Positions 25,297-32,000 of a stretch of 32,000 nt of DNA are shown here, piece by piece. The notes under the pieces are model-generated. The model had not been told where the DNA came from. It did no database searches and saw nothing but the letters and a program-made list of their open reading frames with translations. Numbering within the stretch: position 1 is the first letter of the stretch; the number at the start of each line of letters is the position of its first letter. Both the position numbers and the translations under genes were made by a program. Source of the DNA: Desulfocapsa sulfexigens DSM 10523 (GTDB lineage: Bacteria > Desulfobacterota > Desulfobulbia > Desulfobulbales > Desulfocapsaceae); NCBI RefSeq assembly GCF_000341395.1, contig NC_020304.1:2400001-2432000 (forward strand). Direction: 5' to 3'.

Positions 25297-27171
25297 ATGA
25301 AAAGCGTGGAATATTCTTCCTTTTCTGTGTCCGTAGTCGTGTCACTTTGCCTCTTGGCTGCCGGCTGTTCCCCCACCCACTACCGCGAACAAAGCGATCA
25401 AAATGCCTACACGATAATCAAGCAGAAACAGCAGCAGGCCCTTGGGCACCAAGAGGAATTCAACATCGAATCTCCCGAAGAGACCCTTCGCGTGCGACTG
25501 CTGCTTGATCAGAATCTCCCCTATGCCGATTCCTCTTCCCTTGGCAGCAGCTATCTAAAAGAGATCGAGCACTGGCCGGAAAAACGCACTCGACCAGTCC
25601 CTGAGCGTGATAGATTACAGACTGCGGCCACCCCTCTTTCTCTCACACTCATTGAGGCCTTACAGATCGCTGCCCACAATAGCCGGGAATACCAGGCCAG
25701 CAAGGAAGACCTTTTTCGCATGGCCCTGGATCTTGATTTTGAGCGGGATGCTTTTCGCAACACGCTTTCAGGACAGGTATATGGTCAATACACTGACGGG
25801 CATATCGGTGCGGAGGAGAGTGTTGTGTCAGGCAGCGAAGCTTCTGCAGCGACTTCACTTTCCCGCACTTTCCAGAACGGTGCCACTTTCACCACCAGAG
25901 TAGGTTTTGATCTGGTCCAGCTACTGCAGCCCACAAAACTTTTTTCCCGCTCTTTTTTTGGTGATGCCAGTATCACCATTCCTCTTTTTCGGGGTTCAGG
26001 ACAACATATCGTTACTGAGCCGCTGACTCAGGCTGAGCGAGAAGTTTTGTATGGAGTATGGCGCTTTGAGCGCTACAAAAAAGAATTTGTTACAGACCTC
26101 ATCGAGAGTTATTTTACTGTCTTCAACTCGGAGGATCAGGTCCATAATCTGGAGGAGAACTATAAAGGTCTTGTACAGGCATCCCGCCGGGCACAGCGTT
26201 TGGCAGAAGCCGGTAAAACACCTCAGGCCCAGGTCGATCAGGCTATCCAGAACGAACTGCGGGCCAGAGACCGCTGGATAGTTTCACGCCAAACATTTGA
26301 ACGTGACCTGGATCTGTTTGCCATAAAGATCGGCCTGCCTACCGATGTTGATATCGCCCTGAACAGGGAAGAATTTAACACGCTTAAGGAATATATTAAC
26401 ACCAGGCTGGCTCATTTATTTACCATTGATGAAATGGCACTATCCCTTCCTTTTGATGCTCCCATCGTCCTTGTACCACCAACCTCTAAAGATCGAGGCC
26501 CCCTTGAACAGGAACCTGACGATGCGATACGCACCGCGCTTGCAAATCGACTGGATCTTCGCATAAAACAGGGTCGGGTATATGATGCGCAACGCAAAGT
26601 AGTGGTGGCTGCGGATCAACTTGGCCCGGAACTTTCTTTATTTGGTTCGGTCAGCGTCGGTGAACGGCGTAGCTTAAGCGATGCATCTCTCAACAGCAAC
26701 AACCGGATTGATTTTTCCAATGGTATCTACACCAGCCTGTTAACCCTTGACCTGCCTTTGGAACGAACTGCCGAGGCGAGTGCCTACCGAGACAGCTATA
26801 TTCTGCTGGAACGTGCTGTACGTGATGTTCAGGAAATGGAGGATCAGATCAAATTGCAGATACGAAACGGTATCCGTAATCTGGAGCAATTCAGGGCCAG
26901 CCTGAAAATTCAGTACCAGGCGGTCAAACTGGCCGAACGCAGGGTTTACGGGGCTTCTCTTAACCTGGAAGCGGGACGAGCAGAGATTCGCGACCTCTTG
27001 GAGGCCCAGGAGGCTTTGTTAAGCTCACAGAACAGTTTTACAGCAGCCATGGTCAACTACCGTGTTGCCGAAATCAGGATGCAGAGCGATCTTGGCATTC
27101 TGCAGGTTGACAGTAATGGACTCTGGCATGAACACATACCGGGAGAAAATTCTGATGCACTTACCCAATAA
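25297..27171 (+). CDS. TolC-family outer-membrane efflux lipoprotein
   Basis: 624 aa; 'LCLLAAGCSP' lipobox, 'LTLIEALQIAAHNSREYQASKEDLF' and 'LEAGRAEIRDLLEAQEALLSSQNSFTAAMVNYRVAEIRMQSDLGIL' OEP repeats. Confidence 0.9.
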   Translation: MKSVEYSSFSVSVVVSLCLLAAGCSPTHYREQSDQNAYTIIKQKQQQALGHQEEFNIESPEETLRVRLLLDQNLPYADSSSLGSSYLKEIEHWPEKRTRPVPERDRLQTAATPLSLTLIEALQIAAHNSREYQASKEDLFRMALDLDFERDAFRNTLSGQVYGQYTDGHIGAEESVVSGSEASAATSLSRTFQNGATFTTRVGFDLVQLLQPTKLFSRSFFGDASITIPLFRGSGQHIVTEPLTQAEREVLYGVWRFERYKKEFVTDLIESYFTVFNSEDQVHNLEENYKGLVQASRRAQRLAEAGKTPQAQVDQAIQNELRARDRWIVSRQTFERDLDLFAIKIGLPTDVDIALNREEFNTLKEYINTRLAHLFTIDEMALSLPFDAPIVLVPPTSKDRGPLEQEPDDAIRTALANRLDLRIKQGRVYDAQRKVVVAADQLGPELSLFGSVSVGERRSLSDASLNSNNRIDFSNGIYTSLLTLDLPLERTAEASAYRDSYILLERAVRDVQEMEDQIKLQIRNGIRNLEQFRASLKIQYQAVKLAERRVYGASLNLEAGRAEIRDLLEAQEALLSSQNSFTAAMVNYRVAEIRMQSDLGILQVDSNGLWHEHIPGENSDALTQ

Positions 27172-28840
27172 CGTTTTGAAAGGGATATCCCGCCTGCGTC
27201 TTTCCTGGATGATTGTATTTTTTTCTTTGATATTGCTCGTTCTCGGCTATCTGGTTTTCTTCAGCAAAGAATCCGGTCAGGAAATAAAAACATCTGAACA
27301 AGCATTTTTTTCCGTCCGGCAGGGTGCTCTTATGATCGATGTTACCCAGGCAGGTACCATTCGTCCACGAGAGCAGATCATTCTGAAAAATGAGGTTGAA
27401 GGACAAACTGTCATTCTCTTTCTAATAGATGAAGGGACAGAAGTCAAAAAAGGAGACCTTCTTGTTGAACTCGATGCCAGCCAGCTTGAAGACCAGCGTG
27501 TTAACCAGCAGATCCAGGTGATTAATGCCGAGGCGACCTTTATTAATGGGCGTGAAAATCTTGAAGTGGTCAAAAACCAGGCCCTGGCTGACGTTGATCA
27601 GGCCACCCTTGACCTGGAGTTTGCCAGACAGGATCTTATTCAATATCAGGAGGGTGAGTATCCAAAGCTTGAAAAAGAGGCTAAGGCCAAAATCACCCTG
27701 GCTGAGGAAACCTTGACCAATGCAAAAAATACATTTGAATGGTCAAAAAAAATATATGAAGAAAAATATATTTCCGAGACGGAACTGAAAAGGGATGAGC
27801 TTGCCTGGCAGAAGGTACGACTGGATCTTGATCTGGCAAATGATGCGCTGGATCTGCTCCAGAATTTCACTGTAAAGCGACGCATGGCAGAACTAGAAAG
27901 CAATCTGCGGCAGACGACCATGGCCCTGGAACGAGTAAAGCGAAAGGTGTCAGCAGACATAGCTCAGGCAGAAGCCAAACTCAAAGCCAGCCAGGCTGAG
28001 TACCAGCAACAGCAGGACAAACTGGATAAGATCACTGTGCAGATCGGAAAAACCAAGATATATGCTCCCATGGAGGGTACTGTCATTTATGCCACCAGTA
28101 CCAAAATAAACTGGCGAAGTTCAGAGGAACCGCTTGATGAGGGACAGGCTGTGCGGGAACGGCAGGAGTTGATCCATTTGCCAACCACCTCCTCATATAA
28201 CGCCGAGGTTAAAATTCACGAATCCAGACTGGAAAAGATCCGAATCGGTCTTCCCGTGCGGATCACCATTGATGCCCTGCCCGACAGAACTTTTACCGGC
28301 ACTGTTGCAAGCATTGCTCCTCTGCCTGACCCGACCAGTACCTTTATGAATCCGGATCTCAAGGTCTACAACTCCGTCATTCATATTGACGGGAACGGTC
28401 AGGGCTTGAGAAACGGCATGAGTTGTCAGGCTGAAATCATTATTGACCAGTTTGACAACGCCATTTATGTGCCGGTCCAAGCCGTCATCCAACAAAACGG
28501 CAAGCCAACTGTGTTCGTCGTTCGGGACAATAGATTTATTGTACGACAGGTGAAAATCGGTATGGACAACAACCGGATGGTTCATGTACTCGAGGGGCTG
28601 CAACCCGGCGAAAACGTGCTGCTGGCCCCTCCGCTTACCGAGGCAGCCAAAACGTCACAAGACATGATCCCGACCGAAGGAAACACCCAGGAAACATTAG
28701 CGACTCGTCAAGTGGGCTCGACAATTGAATCGGACAAACAGCGGTCTAAAGGCCTTAAAAACATGACGCCGGAACAACGTGAGGCCTTTGGTAAGAAACC
28801 GAAAAATGGCAACGGTACAAACAGGCAGCCAAAAGACTGA
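27155..28840 (+). CDS. HlyD/MacA-like periplasmic adaptor subunit
   Basis: From MHLPNN (27155, overlapping the tolC-like stop); single TM, 'AGTIRPREQIILKNEVEGQTVILFLIDEGTEVKKGDLLVELDASQLED', coiled coil, 'KIYAPMEGTVIY', 'SRLEKIRIGLPVRITIDALPDRTFTGTVASIAP'. Confidence 0.9.
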   Translation: MHLPNNVLKGISRLRLSWMIVFFSLILLVLGYLVFFSKESGQEIKTSEQAFFSVRQGALMIDVTQAGTIRPREQIILKNEVEGQTVILFLIDEGTEVKKGDLLVELDASQLEDQRVNQQIQVINAEATFINGRENLEVVKNQALADVDQATLDLEFARQDLIQYQEGEYPKLEKEAKAKITLAEETLTNAKNTFEWSKKIYEEKYISETELKRDELAWQKVRLDLDLANDALDLLQNFTVKRRMAELESNLRQTTMALERVKRKVSADIAQAEAKLKASQAEYQQQQDKLDKITVQIGKTKIYAPMEGTVIYATSTKINWRSSEEPLDEGQAVRERQELIHLPTTSSYNAEVKIHESRLEKIRIGLPVRITIDALPDRTFTGTVASIAPLPDPTSTFMNPDLKVYNSVIHIDGNGQGLRNGMSCQAEIIIDQFDNAIYVPVQAVIQQNGKPTVFVVRDNRFIVRQVKIGMDNNRMVHVLEGLQPGENVLLAPPLTEAAKTSQDMIPTEGNTQETLATRQVGSTIESDKQRSKGLKNMTPEQREAFGKKPKNGNGTNRQPKD

Positions 28841-28846
28841 TCCCCT

Positions 28847-29563
28847 ATGACGTCAGACCAGAAACAGATACCAACAGATACCAGGAAAGCTGAGGCAGTT
28901 CTCAAGGATATCTGGAAAACCTATACCATGGGGGCAGAAAAGGTCCATGCTCTGGCCGGGGTTTCTCTCGTTTTTGAACGTGGCTCCTTCTGGGCCATTC
29001 TCGGCACCAGTGGCTCTGGAAAAAGCACCCTGCTCAACCTCCTTGGCTGTCTGGACCGGCCCACATCGGGACGATATCTTTTACGGGGGAATGATATAAG
29101 CCTTATGGACGATGATGCCCTCAGTGAAATACGACTGCGCAATATCGGATTTATATTCCAGAGTTTTAATCTTATCCAGCAATCCACCGTCGAAGAAAAT
29201 ATAGAACTGCCCCTCTATTATCAGGGAATCGATGCTGCAGAGAGCAGGAATCGCGCCAGAAAGCTTGCTGCCATGGTGGGGCTTGAAAAGCGTCTCAACC
29301 ATCGTCCCATGGAACTCTCGGGAGGACAGCAGCAGCGAGTTGCCATAGCCAGATCCCTGGCCAATGATCCGGGATTACTCCTTGCCGATGAGCCAACCGG
29401 GAACCTGGATTCACAAACCAGCGCTGAAATCATGAGGCTGCTCTGCAAACTCAATGATCAGGGGAAAACCATAATTATGGTAACCCATGAACCCGACATT
29501 GCTGCCTTTGCCCACAAACGGCTTTATATGAAAGATGGCGCTATAGAGCGCCTTGAGGGATAG
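28847..29563 (+). CDS. MacB/LolD-type ABC transporter ATP-binding protein
   Basis: '[27 protein letters not shown]', '[40 protein letters not shown]'. Confidence 0.95.
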   Translation: MTSDQKQIPTDTRKAEAVLKDIWKTYTMGAEKVHALAGVSLVFERGSFWAILGTSGSGKSTLLNLLGCLDRPTSGRYLLRGNDISLMDDDALSEIRLRNIGFIFQSFNLIQQSTVEENIELPLYYQGIDAAESRNRARKLAAMVGLEKRLNHRPMELSGGQQQRVAIARSLANDPGLLLADEPTGNLDSQTSAEIMRLLCKLNDQGKTIIMVTHEPDIAAFAHKRLYMKDGAIERLEG

Positions 29564-29568
29564 GTGCC

Positions 29569-30837
29569 GTGATTTTTACGAAATATTTACGTGAAATAAA
29601 ACTTGGTATCAAGAACCTGATTCAGCACAAGCTTCGTTCATCCCTGACAATGCTTGGAATGGTCTTCGGGGTCGGCAGTGTTATCGCTATGCTTGCCGTG
29701 GGGGAGGGGGCTAGTAAGCAGGCCCTTGATGAAATCCGCAAACTTGGTAGCAATAACATTATCATCACTGCCCAAAAACCGGCCGATGAACAGAATCAGC
29801 AGAATACCCGTATTCTGATGAGCATCTATGGTCTCTTGTATGAAGACGTACAACGGGTTTCCCAGAGCTTTCTTAATGTCCTGAAAGTTGTCCCGGTTAA
29901 AATTGTTCGCAAGGAAGCACGCCTGGGAGAACGAGTCATGGATATGCGCATCCTCGGCACCACACCTGACTGGTTCGAGCTGGTACGCCGACCTCTCATC
30001 GCCGGTCGTACCCTGTCCCGTTATGACCTTGATAATTTCTGTAATGTCGTGGTGCTGACAGAGCATGGAGCCAGACGGTTGCTGGCAACCAGAAGTACTA
30101 TCGGCCAGACGATTAAGCTGGGTAGTGATTATTTCGAAGTCATAGGTGTCGTCAGAAGTGAAAACAGTCAAGGGGGAGGCTTACAGAGTCCAGACCAGCA
30201 GATTGACGCCTATATTCCGCTCAATGTTGCAAAGGCTACTTTCGGCGATGTCTTCACCATGTCGAGCGCGGGGTCTCGTACCCGGGAACTCGTCGAACTT
30301 CACCAGATCATTGCTGAAGTGGATGACACAGCCAATGTGGAATCAACTGCGGCAGGCATAGAATCGATGCTGAAAATATTTCACAAAAAAAAGGATTATA
30401 CCATATCCGTTCCCCTTGCTCTTCTTCGTCAGGCCGAATCAACAAAACGTACCTTCAATATTGTACTCGGCTCCATCGCAGGTATCAGCCTGTTGGTCGG
30501 CGGTATTGGTATCATGAATATCATGCTGGCATCCGTTACTGAACGAACCAGGGAAATTGGTATTCGCCGGGCCATCGGAGCAAAACGCCGGCAGATTATT
30601 ATCCAGTTTCTCATCGAAACGGTTGTTCTCTCCACAACCGGTGGGCTTATCGGCATTGCCATCGGCATCTTCATCCCCTGGCTCATCACAACAATGGCGA
30701 AAATGCCCACAGTTGTTACTCCATCCAGTGTTATCCTTTCACTCGGTATCAGCTCGGGAATCGGCATCATATTCGGACTTTACCCGGCAATACGCGCTGC
30801 CAGTCTTGATCCGATCATTGCCCTCCGCCATGAGTAA
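29569..30837 (+). CDS. MacB-type ABC transporter permease
   Basis: 422 aa; 'RSSLTMLGMVFGVGSVIAMLAVGEGASKQAL', 'LVGGIGIMNIMLASVTERTREIGIRRAIGAKRRQIIIQFLIETVVLSTTGGLIG'. Confidence 0.95.
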   Translation: MIFTKYLREIKLGIKNLIQHKLRSSLTMLGMVFGVGSVIAMLAVGEGASKQALDEIRKLGSNNIIITAQKPADEQNQQNTRILMSIYGLLYEDVQRVSQSFLNVLKVVPVKIVRKEARLGERVMDMRILGTTPDWFELVRRPLIAGRTLSRYDLDNFCNVVVLTEHGARRLLATRSTIGQTIKLGSDYFEVIGVVRSENSQGGGLQSPDQQIDAYIPLNVAKATFGDVFTMSSAGSRTRELVELHQIIAEVDDTANVESTAAGIESMLKIFHKKKDYTISVPLALLRQAESTKRTFNIVLGSIAGISLLVGGIGIMNIMLASVTERTREIGIRRAIGAKRRQIIIQFLIETVVLSTTGGLIGIAIGIFIPWLITTMAKMPTVVTPSSVILSLGISSGIGIIFGLYPAIRAASLDPIIALRHE

Positions 30838-30873
30838 TCAGCTGAGGATTGTTTTGCTCTGTTGATTGTATCC

Positions 30874-31986
30874 CTATTCCGTCCCTTCCTGAAGTAGCCG
30901 TTTATTCAACTTCCAGTTTACTCTGATTGTTTTTACAAGAACAAAAAGTAAGGGTGCTAACAGGATGAAATATGGTACGGAAAAAATATTCAGCAAACCA
31001 GAATGGATAAGAGCTTTGTCGAGAAAAAACATCCCGAAAACCCAAAATGCCACACCGGGACAAATAAGGGCGTAACTGGCGGGAGTCCTGGCTGCGGCAA
31101 TCTCAGGATCGAGATTAACACCATGGATGAATTCGGAAAAATAGTCATTCTGACGCATGATTACAAATCCCAGGATGCCAGCAAAAATCTGGATGGACAC
31201 GATAGAACTGCACCAGATAAAATAAAAGGATGGGCTGCCGGAACCATGAAAAAGAGTGTGAAATCCGTGATGAAGGCGGATAGCTGTAATACCAAGCAGA
31301 GTAAGGATGGGAATAAGAATCCACAGGCTGGCGCTGGCTTCACGACTAATCCCTTTGTCCATCATGGCATGAAAACCTAACAACAGATTCTTGATCGCAA
31401 GCAGGGTTGCTATGGCAAAGAAGAAAATGGAACAGAATGCCGCAATGCTGATCATTACAGGATTCTCACTCATGGCGGCGGGGGCGGCAAAGCCTACGGC
31501 ATTCATGGCAAAAGTAAACGATGAAAGCATTTGACTCAGAGAGTTGTTCTTGGAATGCTGAAAGTTGCCACCGGTGAGTAGTCTGCGGTAATAGTTGTAA
31601 AACAGGGTGAGACTATAGATACCTGTGGCCAGAAATGCAAGAAAGGCAAAGGGGAAGAGGTACTCAACAATATTCCAGAGGCCGGGAACCAGCATTGCGC
31701 CGAGCACGAACATGACGTTGATCGTCATTGTCAGGGTGAGGGGAATGGTCATTAGAGATATTTCATTACTACCCTGAATAAGCTCATTATAGTCGTCAGT
31801 TTTCTTGAATAAGCGGTATTCCCGGATATTCCACACCAGCATTCGCAGATGATTGAATGCGAAATAGAGCATAAGGGCGTAGCAGACAGCAGCAAGTGCT
31901 TTGACGGGGAGTGAAGTGGCTGCAAGAGAAGTCCACACCGAGTCAAAAGTCGCAATGGGTGTATCTGGGTGGGGTGTCATAAACAT
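30874..31986 (-). CDS. Hypothetical multi-pass integral membrane protein
   Basis: 370 aa with about 10 hydrophobic segments; convergent with the MacB-like operon. No family confidently recognised. Confidence 0.7.
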   Translation of the reverse strand: MFMTPHPDTPIATFDSVWTSLAATSLPVKALAAVCYALMLYFAFNHLRMLVWNIREYRLFKKTDDYNELIQGSNEISLMTIPLTLTMTINVMFVLGAMLVPGLWNIVEYLFPFAFLAFLATGIYSLTLFYNYYRRLLTGGNFQHSKNNSLSQMLSSFTFAMNAVGFAAPAAMSENPVMISIAAFCSIFFFAIATLLAIKNLLLGFHAMMDKGISREASASLWILIPILTLLGITAIRLHHGFHTLFHGSGSPSFYFIWCSSIVSIQIFAGILGFVIMRQNDYFSEFIHGVNLDPEIAAARTPASYALICPGVAFWVFGMFFLDKALIHSGLLNIFSVPYFILLAPLLFVLVKTIRVNWKLNKRLLQEGTE

Positions 31987-32000
31987 GAAAAAGATAAAGA

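Noticed and set aside
1-32000. tRNA, rRNA, CRISPR, phage structural or toxin-antitoxin modules
   Set aside because: No sequence by eye matched tRNA or rRNA conserved segments, CRISPR repeats, phage genes or a recognisable TA pair; a tRNAscan/CRISPR tool run would be needed to be certain.

Overview
Bacterial window (gene content suggests a Desulfobacterota-like deltaproteobacterium; inference only). The left flank (1-6771) has housekeeping genes: a truncated B12/radical-SAM protein resembling the RiPP-maturation C-methyltransferase family, lolA-like, murI, an FmdB-type zinc ribbon, queA, the futalosine-pathway genes mqnB and mqnD, mobA and an acyltransferase. The middle (about 6930-16590) is an accessory island with all genes on the + strand: YbhB/PEBP, a second acyltransferase, cupin, small lipoprotein, GNAT, SAM-methyltransferase, EamA, a DJ-1/PfpI remnant and a 4Fe-4S/QueG-like protein. 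Several inter-gene gaps hold short nested imperfect inverted repeats ending in (G)TTAG/GTTAT, which look like integron attC sites. This fits a degenerate, integrase-less gene-cassette array (CALIN-like). An IS21-family element (9625-12274) sits inside the cupin gene with a perfect 5-bp target duplication (CATTC); in-silico excision restores an uninterrupted 111-aa ORF. Other decay includes a frameshifted EamA gene, an internally deleted DJ-1/PfpI gene and diverged GGGGTCAAG repeats flanking the second acyltransferase. The right flank has a DUF3047-like protein, two hypotheticals, a proVWX-type glycine betaine ABC operon, a MarR regulator, a split permease pair, and a tripartite TolC/HlyD/MacB-like export operon preceded by a strong ~180-bp imperfect inverted repeat that may be a structured RNA.
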